From Vicinamibacterales bacterium (GTDB lineage: Bacteria > Acidobacteriota > Vicinamibacteria > Vicinamibacterales > CAVVIG01), in NCBI GenBank assembly GCA_050183995.1, contig JBFXAT010000014.1, forward strand, positions 7,382 to 71,381: DNA of 64,000 nt, written 5' to 3'. Below, in pieces: positions 41,580-51,607 of the stretch (position 1 is its first letter; every line of letters starts with the position of its first letter). The notes beneath the pieces were generated by a model. It was not told the origin of the DNA, searched no databases, and was given only the letters and a program-made list of their open reading frames with translations. The position numbers and the translations under genes are program-made.

Positions 41580-44483
41580 TTAGAAGGTGGCGCGGAACCC
41601 GAACTGCACGATGCGCGGCTGATACGCGATGTTCAGGTTCTCGGCCGGCAGCCCGAACCGGGCGTTGGTCTCGACGAGCGTGAACGAACCGAGGTTCCTG
41701 TGGTTCAACAGGTTGAAGACTTCGACCATGCCGTCGATGCGCAGCGACTTGCCAAGCGCGAAGCGCTTCTGCACGCGCATGTCGACGCGATGAAGGGACG
41801 GCATGTCGAAGCTGTTGCGCGGGATGAGCGAGCCGTCCGCGCGGAAGCGGCTGGTGTTCGCGCTGGTGCTGCCGGTGGCGAGGAAGTCGACGCCGGAGCC
41901 CGGCGTGGCCCAGCCGTTGTCGCCGAACAGATAGAGGCCGCTCAGCTGGAAGCCGTACGGCATTTCCCAGATGCCGTTGAGCGTGACCCGGTGCCGCTGA
42001 TCCGGAGACAGGTACCACTCCTCTTTCAAGCCGGGGTCGAGCGTCACCGGCACGTCGCACGTCGGCGCGCCGCTGGCCGTCAGCGTGATTGCGTACTGGC
42101 AGCCCTGCTTGATGGGCGCGTTCTGGAGATTCCACTGGCCGGACAACGTGTAGGTCGCCGACGCCTGCCAGTGGTTGCCCATCCGTCTGGTGAGCGCCGT
42201 CTGCAGCCCGTGGTAGTTGGACTGGCCGATGGACTGACGCGTGGCGACCGAGCCCCAGTTCGGATACGGACGCTTGGAGACGTCCGTGAACTTGTACGGC
42301 AGGCCGGTTGCCGGGTTGTACGACACGTTCTCGTCGAAGGTGACGAGCATCGCGCGGTTGCCGGTGAACACGTAGTCGGCTTCGAACGACATCCGATCCC
42401 CGATCTGGTGCTCGAAGCCCACCGACCTCTGCCAGCTGTAGGGGATTTCGTTGTAGTTGTTGGCCATCGTGTTGACGCTGCGGCGCAGGCAGTTGGCGCT
42501 CGAATCGACCGTGCACAGCGTGGCGGCGACCTGGTCGAACGTCGGGATGGGTCCGTTGAAGGGGTTGGCGGCGAAGTCAGCCCGGCCGTCGTTCAGCACC
42601 TGCGGATGCAGGGCATTGACGCTGAGCGCCGTCCAGTACGCGAGCCACGATCCGGGGTCCGCGTAGAACTTGCCGGCGCCGCCTCGAATGACGGTCTTGT
42701 CCGTGAGCGCATAGGTGAAGCCGAGACGCGGCGCGAAGTTGTCCTTGTCGTTCTTCCGGCCCGACGTGAGGAACGGTTCGAGGCCGTACTTCTCGCCGAA
42801 CGCGCCGCCGATGAAGTCGTAGCGCATGCCGAGGTTGAGCGTCATCGGGCCCATGCGCCAGTCGTCCTGAACCCACCCCGACGCCAGCTTCAACGGCGCC
42901 TGCGCCTGCATCTGGCCGACGCCGAGCGTGTACGACCGGACCAGTGGCGAGATCGCGGCCAGGTTCCAGGTGCTGATGTCGTTCCAGACGGGGAAGAGCG
43001 ACTCGATGTTCGACGGGATTGGACCTCCCTGGACGTCGTAGATGCCCATGCAGCGGTTGCAGAGGAAGACCGGATTGCGCTGGTACCCCGCCTCGCCGCC
43101 GAACTTCAGGTCATGACGGCCGCGCGCGACGAACGACGTCTGGAAGTTGTCGCGCACGTTGAACGTCTGCTGGCGTTCGTCCTCGTGCGAGTTGGTGTGC
43201 GCCTGACCGATCGTGTAGCCGCGGAACTGCAGGATGGGCGTCCCGTAGGTGAGGCCCGGGTAGGGATGGTCCGGCCACGGAATCACCGAGTCCTGAATCC
43301 ACCAGTAGGCGGCGTAGCCGACGCGAAGCTCGTTGATCGAGGTCGCGCTGAGCACGTGCGTCAGCACGCCGCTCAGGTCGGTGCTGTAGCGATTGGTTTG
43401 AATGGCCGACGACGGGTGACGCACGCTGCCGCCGGTGTAGCGCTGGTCGAACGGCATGTCCACGTGCGACTTGTTGCCGCGCACCGTCATGCGGGTGTTC
43501 GGCGTGAACTGCACGTCGCCACGTCCACCCCCCTTCTTCTCCGTCCGGGTGCCCTGGTGGTCGATGTTGAACGAGGGGAACTGGCTCGAGTGCGTGAAGG
43601 TCTGCGGCTCGCGCTCGAACTCGAAGTTGCCGAAGAAGTGGGCGCGGTTCTTGATGATCGGCCCGCCGAGCGTCCAGGCCAGCTGCTGGTTGTTGTAGGG
43701 CAGCACGCGGTTCTGGATGAAGTCCTTCGCGATGAAGGAGTCGTCGCGGAAGTAGCCCGAGAACGTCCCGGCCAGATGGTTGGTGCCGGACTTGGTGATG
43801 GCGTTCACCATCGTGCCGCTCGACCCGCCCATCGTGGCGTCGAAGCGGTTGGCGATGAACTCGAGCTCCGCGATCGCATCACGGCTGTACTTCGGCTGCC
43901 CGAAGCCGGCCGTCTGGTTCTGCGTGACGCGCAGGCCGTCGACGTTGAGCTGAAAGCTGCCGAGCCCGCCAAGTTCGTCGGTCGACGCGTTGCTGCGCGA
44001 GCCCTTCGCGAGCAGCGTCATGTCGACGAAGTTGCGGCCGTTCAGCGGCAGCTCCGACATCTGGCTGCGATCGATGTTGCTGCCGATGCTCGAGGACGCC
44101 GTGTTGATGAGCGGCGCCTCGCCGGTCACGGTGATCGATTCCTCGATCGTGTCCGGCTTCATCTCGATGGTGATCGTCACCGCCTGGCCGACCAGCAGGT
44201 CGGCCGATCGCACGACGGTCGCGAACGCAGGCAGCTCGAACGCGACCTCGAACGCGCCGGTCCGCACCGGCATGCGGAACGCTCCGACGTTGTCGGTGAA
44301 CGCGACGAAGACGTTGCCGGTGTCGTTGTGAGTGGCCGTGACCGTGACGCCAGGCAGCACGCCGCCGCTGGTGTCCTTGACGACGCCAGTGATCGTGGCT
44401 TCCTGCGCGTAGGCGCTGGCCGACGGCCAGAGCAACGCGCACAGGAGGACGATCAGCCATCGCGCGCGAGCATTCCCCATCAT
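41580..44483 (-). CDS. TonB-dependent receptor (Oar-like, carboxypeptidase-regulatory domain)
   Basis: Signal, GGVLPGVTVT, LPLNGRNF, TKSGTN and terminal QFGFRATF; AAGGAG RBS. Confidence 0.93.
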   Translation of the reverse strand: MMGNARARWLIVLLCALLWPSASAYAQEATITGVVKDTSGGVLPGVTVTATHNDTGNVFVAFTDNVGAFRMPVRTGAFEVAFELPAFATVVRSADLLVGQAVTITIEMKPDTIEESITVTGEAPLINTASSSIGSNIDRSQMSELPLNGRNFVDMTLLAKGSRSNASTDELGGLGSFQLNVDGLRVTQNQTAGFGQPKYSRDAIAELEFIANRFDATMGGSSGTMVNAITKSGTNHLAGTFSGYFRDDSFIAKDFIQNRVLPYNNQQLAWTLGGPIIKNRAHFFGNFEFEREPQTFTHSSQFPSFNIDHQGTRTEKKGGGRGDVQFTPNTRMTVRGNKSHVDMPFDQRYTGGSVRHPSSAIQTNRYSTDLSGVLTHVLSATSINELRVGYAAYWWIQDSVIPWPDHPYPGLTYGTPILQFRGYTIGQAHTNSHEDERQQTFNVRDNFQTSFVARGRHDLKFGGEAGYQRNPVFLCNRCMGIYDVQGGPIPSNIESLFPVWNDISTWNLAAISPLVRSYTLGVGQMQAQAPLKLASGWVQDDWRMGPMTLNLGMRYDFIGGAFGEKYGLEPFLTSGRKNDKDNFAPRLGFTYALTDKTVIRGGAGKFYADPGSWLAYWTALSVNALHPQVLNDGRADFAANPFNGPIPTFDQVAATLCTVDSSANCLRRSVNTMANNYNEIPYSWQRSVGFEHQIGDRMSFEADYVFTGNRAMLVTFDENVSYNPATGLPYKFTDVSKRPYPNWGSVATRQSIGQSNYHGLQTALTRRMGNHWQASATYTLSGQWNLQNAPIKQGCQYAITLTASGAPTCDVPVTLDPGLKEEWYLSPDQRHRVTLNGIWEMPYGFQLSGLYLFGDNGWATPGSGVDFLATGSTSANTSRFRADGSLIPRNSFDMPSLHRVDMRVQKRFALGKSLRIDGMVEVFNLLNHRNLGSFTLVETNARFGLPAENLNIAYQPRIVQFGFRATF

Positions 44484-44604
44484 GTGAACTCCTTTGTTGC
44501 GAGCACACGCCTCCCGATCGCGCGCACCACGTGCGCGGCGGATGGCGAGGCCCGACTACGGTTTGTGCGGAAGAGAGCGTTCCCGGGAGACGATCACGCT
44601 GAAG

Positions 44605-44620
44605 TGCAACTGGTGTGCCG
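44605..44620 (-). promoter_or_regulatory. Putative sigma54 (-24/-12) promoter of the receptor-amidase operon
   Basis: Minus strand CGGCAC-ACCAG-TTGCA; palindrome TTTCCTAGGAAA at 44639-44650 just upstream. Confidence 0.55.
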
Positions 44621-44884
44621 CGGGAGCAGCACGGAGTGTTTCCTAGGAAAAACAGCGAGATCCGACGAGAGGGGCGTCGTGCGAATGCGACGGGACGCGA
44701 GACGACGGACACACGTGTCGATGTCCGGCGGGAGCGACGCGCACAGTTGTCGTATCGGCGCATCGCCGCGTGTGCACGCGATCGATCGCGCTGCCGCATG
44801 CGGTGAGCGAACCGCGCGCTCCACTCATTCTGACGGGCGGTTCGTCCACATGGCCGGGAACCGTGTTCGACACGACTTGTATCC

Positions 44885-45457
44885 GTGACATCGTTCGGGC
44901 ACGATTTCGTCGTGAAGGAAAAAGAACGGACGCAGCTCCTCGACGTGCTGAAGCGACGCTTCGAGGCACACGCGCACCGGCACGAAGGCGTCGCGTGGGC
45001 CGACGTGCAGGCCAGGCTCGAGGGCAACCCGAAGGCGCTGGCGTCGCTCTTCGCGATGGAATCCACCGGCGGCGAGCCGGACGTGATCGGCGCAGCGTCC
45101 GCGTCGGGCCGCCTCACGTTCTGCGATTGCTCGCCCGAGAGCCCGGCGGGCCGACGGAGCCTCTGCTACGACCGCGCGGCGCTCGACGCGCGGAAGGAGC
45201 ACAAGCCGAAGAGCAGTGCCGTCGAGATGGCCGCGTCGATGGGTATCGCCCTGCTGACCGAGGAGCACTATCGATCGCTGCAGGAGCTGGGTGAGTTCGA
45301 CACGAAGACGTCCAGCTGGATCGAGACGCCGCCGGAGGTGCGCGCGCTCGGGGGATCGCTCTTCTGCGATCGGCGCTTCGGCAGGGTCTTCGTCTATCAC
45401 AACGGCGCGCAGTCGTACTACGCGGCACGAGGGTTCCGCGGGTCGCTCACGGTCTGA
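44885..45457 (+). CDS. DUF4256 domain protein
   Basis: MESTGGEPDV, GRRSLCYD and YHNGAQSYYAARGFRG motifs. Confidence 0.88.
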   Translation: MTSFGHDFVVKEKERTQLLDVLKRRFEAHAHRHEGVAWADVQARLEGNPKALASLFAMESTGGEPDVIGAASASGRLTFCDCSPESPAGRRSLCYDRAALDARKEHKPKSSAVEMAASMGIALLTEEHYRSLQELGEFDTKTSSWIETPPEVRALGGSLFCDRRFGRVFVYHNGAQSYYAARGFRGSLTV

Positions 45458-45552
45458 CCCGACTCACTCGGCGTCGGTGACAGGCCTGCGGTCGAGCTCT
45501 GCGAGCGTGAGCCCCGTTCGCATTTCGCGGCAATCGGCATATATTCACGGGG

Positions 45553-46422
45553 ATGCCCACCGCGGAAATCGATGGCTCCGGCCGCGATGTGCCGACCACC
45601 GTCATCCTGCCCCGCCGCGGCTGGTTCGACTGGCGCCTGCATCAACTCTGGACTTACCGGGACCTCGTCGCGCTCCTCATGTGGCGCGATTTCGTCTCGG
45701 AGTACAAGCAGACGCTGCTGGGCCCCGCGTGGCATCTCATCCGTCCGCTCGTCACCGCCGTCGTGTTCACCGCCGTGTTCAGCACGGTGGCGAAGCTGCC
45801 GACCGACGGCGTGCCGCCGTTCCTCTTCTACATGTGCGGCACGGTCGCCTGGACCTATTTCGCCAGCTGCGTCTTCGACATCAGCAAGACATTCGTGGCG
45901 AACTTCAATCTGATCGGCAAGGTGTACTTTCCCCGCCTGTCGATTCCGGTCTCGCTCATCGGCTCGAACCTGGTGGCGTTCGGGATCCAGCTCGCGATCT
46001 TCGTCGTGATCCTCGCGGCGTACATCGCATCGGGGAACCCCGTCCGCCCGTCCTGGTGGCTGATCGCCGTGCCGGGGCTCGTGCTCATGCTCGCATGCTA
46101 TGCCTTCGCCATCGGGATCATCCTGTCGGCGACCACCGCGCAGTACCGCGACTTGCTGTCGCTGGTCGTCTTCGGCTTGCAGTGGCTGATGTATCTCACC
46201 CCGGTGATCTATCCGGTCTCGGCCATTCCACAGCGGTTCCGGTGGCTCGCCGCCATCAACCCGCTGACGCCGATCTTCGAGGCCTTCCGGCGGGGGCTCC
46301 TCGGTGCCGGCAGCGTCAGCGCCGCCGGGCTCGCCGCGAGCGCCGCCGTGCTCGCGCTGCTCCTCGCCGCGGGGCTCGTCGCTTTCACACGCGTCGAGCA
46401 GAACGTCATCGACACGGTGTGA
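45553..46422 (+). CDS. wzm: ABC-2 polysaccharide exporter permease
   Basis: RDFVSEYKQTLLGPAW, KVYFPR, YRD, YLTPVIYP and NPL motifs. Confidence 0.92.
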   Translation: MPTAEIDGSGRDVPTTVILPRRGWFDWRLHQLWTYRDLVALLMWRDFVSEYKQTLLGPAWHLIRPLVTAVVFTAVFSTVAKLPTDGVPPFLFYMCGTVAWTYFASCVFDISKTFVANFNLIGKVYFPRLSIPVSLIGSNLVAFGIQLAIFVVILAAYIASGNPVRPSWWLIAVPGLVLMLACYAFAIGIILSATTAQYRDLLSLVVFGLQWLMYLTPVIYPVSAIPQRFRWLAAINPLTPIFEAFRRGLLGAGSVSAAGLAASAAVLALLLAAGLVAFTRVEQNVIDTV

Positions 46423-46424
46423 GC

Positions 46425-47711
46425 ATGCCGGTCGTCGTCTCCGTCGAACATGTCGGCAAGCAATACCGGCTCGGAACGGTCGGCGCGCAGAGCCTCCACG
46501 ATGCCGTCCGGCGCTGGTGGGCGCGAGAGCGGGGGAAGCCGGATCCGCTCGCGCCGATCGGCGACCGCCGTCCGCGCCGGACCGACGCCGGGTTCTGGGC
46601 GCTGGACGATGTCAGTCTGGAGGTGGAGCAGGGCGACGTCTTGGGCATCGTCGGCCGCAACGGATCGGGCAAGAGCACGTTGCTCAAGATCCTGTCGCAG
46701 GTGACCGCGCCGACGACCGGCCGGATCGTGATCCGAGGCCGGGTGGCGAGTCTTCTCGAAGTCGGCACCGGATTTCACCCGGATCTCACGGGCCGGGAGA
46801 ACGTCTTCCTCGGCGGAGCCATGATGGGCATGACGAAGGCGGAGATCCGGCGCAATCTCGACAGGATCGTCGCCTTCTCGGAGTGCGAGGCGTTCATCGA
46901 CACGCCGGTGAAGCGCTATTCGTCCGGCATGTACGTCCGCCTCGCGTTCGCCGTTGCCGCACACGTCGAGCCCGACATCCTGATCGTCGACGAAGTCCTC
47001 GCCGTCGGCGACGCGCCGTTCCAGCGGCGATGTCTCGCGCGCATGCGTGAGGCGTCGAGGGAAGGCAGAACGGTCGTCTTCGTGTCGCACAATCTGCCCA
47101 TCGTGCAGAGCCTGTGCACCCGCGCGGTGATGCTGGCCCATGGCCGTGTCGCCGCGATCGGTTCGGCGATCTCGGTGGTCAATGCTTACCTGTCGACGCA
47201 ATCGGGCGACGCGCTGCAGCTCGGACGTCCGGTCGACCTGTCGGCCGCGCCACGGTGGGGTGGCAGCGGCGACGCCCGCTTCGTGGAGGTGACGCCGTAC
47301 GATCCGGAGCGCCCGCACGCGGTCGGCGCGTTCCAGGGAGGAAACATCGGCTTCCGCCTGCGCATCGAAGGCGATCTCGCGGCGGCGCGCGCGGTCGCGG
47401 TTCAGATCGCCGACATGGACGACCGCCGTCTCGTGTACGCGAACAGCCTGGAGATCGGGCATCCCCTCGAGCTCGAGGCACCCGCCGTCGTGGAGCTGGA
47501 GCTCGTCGATCTCGCCTTGCGTCCGGGACGCTACAAGGTTGGGTACTGGCTCGGCGCCGCCGACGGGCGCGGGCTCGATCACGTGACCGACGCCACGATG
47601 CTCGACGTACTCGGGCACGCCGGCGTGCCGTGGACGTCGGCGCACGACGGCGGGGTCTTTCACTGCGACTTTCGCGTGCGCACCGGCCGGACCACACCCG
47701 CGCTCTCATGA
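46425..47711 (+). CDS. wzt: ABC polysaccharide exporter ATPase with Wzt C-terminal domain
   Basis: GRNGSGKST, YSSGMYVRLAFA and DEVLAVGD motifs plus a C-terminal beta-rich extension. Confidence 0.92.
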   Translation: MPVVVSVEHVGKQYRLGTVGAQSLHDAVRRWWARERGKPDPLAPIGDRRPRRTDAGFWALDDVSLEVEQGDVLGIVGRNGSGKSTLLKILSQVTAPTTGRIVIRGRVASLLEVGTGFHPDLTGRENVFLGGAMMGMTKAEIRRNLDRIVAFSECEAFIDTPVKRYSSGMYVRLAFAVAAHVEPDILIVDEVLAVGDAPFQRRCLARMREASREGRTVVFVSHNLPIVQSLCTRAVMLAHGRVAAIGSAISVVNAYLSTQSGDALQLGRPVDLSAAPRWGGSGDARFVEVTPYDPERPHAVGAFQGGNIGFRLRIEGDLAAARAVAVQIADMDDRRLVYANSLEIGHPLELEAPAVVELELVDLALRPGRYKVGYWLGAADGRGLDHVTDATMLDVLGHAGVPWTSAHDGGVFHCDFRVRTGRTTPALS

Positions 47712-47784
47712 CGTCCTTCGCCGCAGGCGGCACGGCTGACCACCACATGGCGCGAATCCGCACGTCGCCGGAGGCGCGCTGACG

Positions 47785-49608
47785 ATGTGCGGGATCGCGG
47801 GTCAGGTCGTCGGGGACGGCAGTGCGGTTGACGGCGATCTCGTGCGCCGCATGACCCGGGCGCTCGCGCACCGCGGGCCGGATGGCGAGTCGGTTCGCCT
47901 CGGACCGCAGCATGGGCTCGGACACCGGCGGCTCAGCCTCATCGACCTCGAAGGCGGCGGCCAGCCGCAGGCCAACGAAGACGGCACCGTCTGGGTCGTC
48001 TCCAACAGCGAGATCTACAACTACGTCGAGCTCCGCCGCGCTCTCGTTGCGCGCGGCCACCGGTTCGCCACCTCCAGCGACACGGAGGTGATCGTGCACC
48101 TGTACGAGGACCTGCAGGAGCGCTGCGTCGATCCGCTCGTCGGGATGTTCGCCTTCGCCGTGTGGGACATGCGGAGACGCGTCCTGCTGCTGGCGCGCGA
48201 CCGGTTCGGCGTCAAGCCGCTGTACTACAGCGTCCGCGGCTCCGAACTGCTCTTCGCCTCTGAGATGCGCGCGCTGCTCGAGAGCCCGACGCTCCGGCGC
48301 GATCTCGACTACGGCGCGCTGCACCAGTACTTCCTCCACCTCACCGTCCCGGAGCCGGCGAGCATCCTCGCCGACGTGCGCAAGCTTCCGGCGGGGCACG
48401 TGCTCGTCTGGCGGAACGGTCACGCGGATGAGCGCGCCTATTGGGACGTGACCGCGCCGACGCCGGAAGGCGACGCGCTCGATCACGCGCTCGATGACGC
48501 GTTCTACGACGCGCTCGATGAAGCCGGCGCGATCGAGCGGCTCGACGCGGCGCTCGCCGAGAGCGTGGACCTGAGTCTGCGCAGCGACGTGCCGGTCGGA
48601 CTGTTCCTGAGCGGAGGCGTGGATTCCAGCCTCCTCGCGTGGATGGCGAGCCGGAACGCGACGGCGCCGCTGCAGACCTTTTCGGCCGCGTTCGAGGATC
48701 ACCAGTCGGACGAACGGGCCTTCAGCCGGATGGTGGCGCGGGCGTGCGGCACCACGCATCACGAAGTCGAGATCACGCTGCGCGACGCGGTGGACATCCT
48801 TCCGGCGTTGTGTGGGGCGCTCGACGAGCCGTTCGCCGACTCGTCGGCTATTCCGACGTACCTCCTCGCCAGGGCGGCGCGCCGGCAGGTGAAAGCGGTC
48901 CTGACCGGCGAAGGGGCCGACGAGCTCTTTGGCGGCAGCCCGTGGCACGTCGGCGGCGCGCGCAGCGCCGATCCGTATGGCCTGCTGAATCCGCCCGCCA
49001 AGACGATCTTCACACCAGACGATTTGAAGGCGGTCTATTCGGACGATCTGTGGGACGCGGTGAGCCGTTGCGAGGCTCCCATGCCGCCCGGGCTCGACGC
49101 AAAGCTCGCCCGTTGCCCGGGCCGCTTCGAGCAGGGCCTCTGCGCCGACCTGCACGTGTACCTGCCCTCGGACCTGCTGATGAAGACCGATCGCATGACC
49201 ATGCTCGCATCGCTCGAGGCGCGGGTCCCGTTTCTCAACCATCCGTTCGCCGAGCTCGCGTGGCGGCTGCCGTCCCGGTTCAAAGTGAAGGACAGCGTCC
49301 GCAAGTACATACTGAAGAAGCTCGGCGCCGGCCGGCTCCCGGAGCCTGTTCTCAGCCGCCCGAAGCAGGGCTTCAGCATTCCCATGGATCTCTGGCTGTG
49401 GAGGCCGGGCGCCTTCCGCGACATGGTGCTCGACACGCTGGGCGACGCGCGCACGCGCGCGCGCGGACAGTTCGACATGACGGTCGTGGACACGATGGTG
49501 CGAGAGCACGATCGCATCGAGCGCTTTCACGGCTACCGGCTCTGGACGCTCTTCGCCTTCGAAACATGGCAGCGCACGTTCGTCGACGCGCCGGTGACGG
49601 CATCATGA
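47785..49608 (+). CDS. asnB: Asparagine synthase-like amidotransferase (glutamine-hydrolysing)
   Basis: N-terminal MCGIAG, HRGPD, SGGVDSS, GEGADELFGG and EARVPFL motifs. Confidence 0.93.
   Translation: MCGIAGQVVGDGSAVDGDLVRRMTRALAHRGPDGESVRLGPQHGLGHRRLSLIDLEGGGQPQANEDGTVWVVSNSEIYNYVELRRALVARGHRFATSSDTEVIVHLYEDLQERCVDPLVGMFAFAVWDMRRRVLLLARDRFGVKPLYYSVRGSELLFASEMRALLESPTLRRDLDYGALHQYFLHLTVPEPASILADVRKLPAGHVLVWRNGHADERAYWDVTAPTPEGDALDHALDDAFYDALDEAGAIERLDAALAESVDLSLRSDVPVGLFLSGGVDSSLLAWMASRNATAPLQTFSAAFEDHQSDERAFSRMVARACGTTHHEVEITLRDAVDILPALCGALDEPFADSSAIPTYLLARAARRQVKAVLTGEGADELFGGSPWHVGGARSADPYGLLNPPAKTIFTPDDLKAVYSDDLWDAVSRCEAPMPPGLDAKLARCPGRFEQGLCADLHVYLPSDLLMKTDRMTMLASLEARVPFLNHPFAELAWRLPSRFKVKDSVRKYILKKLGAGRLPEPVLSRPKQGFSIPMDLWLWRPGAFRDMVLDTLGDARTRARGQFDMTVVDTMVREHDRIERFHGYRLWTLFAFETWQRTFVDAPVTAS
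48472..48519 (+). repeat. In-frame 12-bp tandem repeat (4 imperfect copies) in asnB
   Basis: GACGCGCTCGAT CACGCGCTCGAT GACGCGTTCTAC GACGCGCTCGAT, encoding DALD-HALD-DAFY-DALD. Confidence 0.8.
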
Positions 49609-50360
49609 GCCTGGACGCGCGCGGCACTCCAGTGGTCAGCGTCATCATGCCGGCGCACAATGCCGGGCGTTACCTCCGCGACGCCGTCGAGAGCGTGCTC
49701 GCTCAGCGATTCGACGCGTTCGAGCTCCTCGTGACCGACGATGGATCGACCGACGACACCGGCTCGATCGTCGAGGAGTACGCGCGGCGCTCGACGGTCC
49801 GCGTCTTCCACAACAGCCGCAATCTCGGCGCGGCAGCGACGCGCAACCGGATGCTCGCCGATGCACGCGGGCGCTACGTCACGCCGGTCGATGCCGACGA
49901 TCTCCTGCTTCCCGGCAACCTGACGCGCCTCAGCACCTTTCTCGACGCGCATCCCGATGTCGGCGTGGTCTACGCCGACGTGCTGTCGCTCAGCGTCGCC
50001 ACCGACGACGAGCTGCTCGAGCCGCCTATCGTCTGCGGCGCCGACTGCGCGAAGACCTGGGATCTGCTCGAGAACGTCGTCAATCACGGGGGATCGATGA
50101 GCCGCAGGGACGTGCTCCTCGACGCCGGCGGATACGACGAAGACGTGTATTCGGTGGACGATTGGAGCCTCTGGCTGAAGGTGACCGAACGGACCCGCAT
50201 TCAGTACCTGCCTGGAGAGATCTATTACCTGTGGCGGCGCCACCCCGAGTCGATGACGCGCCGGGAGCCACGCTACCAGGAGAACGTCCGGCGCATCGTC
50301 ACCGCCGCCGCCACGCGCAGGGGCTTTTCGGCGCCGCCCCCCGTGGAGCCTCCCGCCTGA
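49605..50360 (+). CDS. GT2 glycosyltransferase
   Basis: VSVIMPAHN, DDGSTD and DADD motifs; ATGA overlap with asnB. Confidence 0.92.
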   Translation: MSLDARGTPVVSVIMPAHNAGRYLRDAVESVLAQRFDAFELLVTDDGSTDDTGSIVEEYARRSTVRVFHNSRNLGAAATRNRMLADARGRYVTPVDADDLLLPGNLTRLSTFLDAHPDVGVVYADVLSLSVATDDELLEPPIVCGADCAKTWDLLENVVNHGGSMSRRDVLLDAGGYDEDVYSVDDWSLWLKVTERTRIQYLPGEIYYLWRRHPESMTRREPRYQENVRRIVTAAATRRGFSAPPPVEPPA

Positions 50361-50379
50361 GGGCTCGCGCACGACAGCC

Positions 50380-51597
50380 ATGCGTCCGGCACTGAGCCTC
50401 TGTCTCGTCGTGAAGAACGAAGCGCTCCTGCTTCCGCACGCGCTCGAGGGGATGCGCGAGATCGCCGACGAGTGCATCGTGATCGACACCGGTTCCACCG
50501 ATGCCACCCGGGAGATCGCGCGGGCAGCCGGAGCCAAGGTGTTCGACTACGCCTGGGACGGCAATCTCGGCAGGGCGCGGAACGCGTATATCGAGCGGGC
50601 CGCCGGGTCGTGGATCCTCGTGCTGGACGGCGACGAGACGATCGCCGAGCGCGACCGTCCGAAGATTCGGGCGCTGATCGAATCGCGTGACGCGGGCGCG
50701 TACTCTCTCACGGTCCACGACTACAGCCGCGGCTTCGATCTGCTCCGCAACTGGCATCCCAATATCGGCGAATATCCGGACGAAGAGCGCCGATCCGGCT
50801 GTCCCGGCCGGGCGGAGTTCGACGTGGTCCGCCTGTTCCGGAACGCGCCGGGCGTCCGCTACGACGAAGGGGCGTCGACGCACACGAACCCGATCCGTTC
50901 GCTGCAGCGCCTCGGCTGGGCGATCCTCCCGTCGGGCGTAGTCGTTCATCACTTCCAGTGGCTCAAGGGAGGCGACCGCTTCATCGCGGGCAAACAGCTC
51001 GAGCGGCTCGACGCCGAGCGCCGCCAGGCGGATGCCGCCCCCGATGACTGCCGCGCGAACGTCAACGTGGGCCGCACGCTCTTCTCGCTGGGGCTCGACG
51101 AGGAAGCGCTCGCATACCTGACGCGAGCCGTGGCCGCCGATCCCGCGTCCGCGGAAGCCCGTTTCGCGCGCGGGCTGCTGCTCTCGCAGACCGATCGTCC
51201 CGACGCGGCGGCTGCCGATCTGCGCGAAGCGGTGGCGTTGAAGCCGGACTACGCGGACGCGTGGGCGGTGCTCGGAATCAGCTGCCACGCGATGGAGCAG
51301 TCGAGCGAGGCCGTGACGGCGCTCCGTCGCGCGCTCGAACATCACCCTGCCCATCCGGTCGCACACAATAGTCTGGGAGTGGTGCACCTCGACGCCGGCC
51401 GGCTGCAGGAAGCCGAGGTCCACTTCACGCGCGCGTTGGAGATTCTCCCTGCGCACGCGATGGCCGGCTGGAATCTCGCCTCGCTCTACGAGCAGCTCGG
51501 CGACGTCGAGCGCGCGCGCGGTGTCTGCCGGACCGCGCTCATGCACTGCCCGGACGATGAGCTGTTGAAACAGAAGCTGGCCGACCTGTCGGGATGA
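50380..51597 (+). CDS. GT2 glycosyltransferase with C-terminal TPR repeats
   Basis: LSLCLVVKNE, DTGSTD and WILVLDGDE, followed by TPRs (P..A.A...LG). Confidence 0.88.
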   Translation: MRPALSLCLVVKNEALLLPHALEGMREIADECIVIDTGSTDATREIARAAGAKVFDYAWDGNLGRARNAYIERAAGSWILVLDGDETIAERDRPKIRALIESRDAGAYSLTVHDYSRGFDLLRNWHPNIGEYPDEERRSGCPGRAEFDVVRLFRNAPGVRYDEGASTHTNPIRSLQRLGWAILPSGVVVHHFQWLKGGDRFIAGKQLERLDAERRQADAAPDDCRANVNVGRTLFSLGLDEEALAYLTRAVAADPASAEARFARGLLLSQTDRPDAAAADLREAVALKPDYADAWAVLGISCHAMEQSSEAVTALRRALEHHPAHPVAHNSLGVVHLDAGRLQEAEVHFTRALEILPAHAMAGWNLASLYEQLGDVERARGVCRTALMHCPDDELLKQKLADLSG

Positions 51598-51607
51598 CCA
51601 CTTCCTT

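Noticed and set aside
41424-44888. 1154-aa + strand ORF, and similar long ORFs at 9970-12090, 21093-22982, 47179-49530, 55045-57018 and 60101-62053
   Set aside because: Antisense or alternate-frame shadows of well-supported genes in high-GC DNA; Arg/Ala-rich with no domain motifs.
47785-49608. asnB as a lasso cyclase (C protein)
   Set aside because: It retains the N-terminal MCG glutaminase Cys and sits among wzm/wzt and GT genes; no B2 protease or cyclisable core is present, so a glycan amidotransferase is the safer call.
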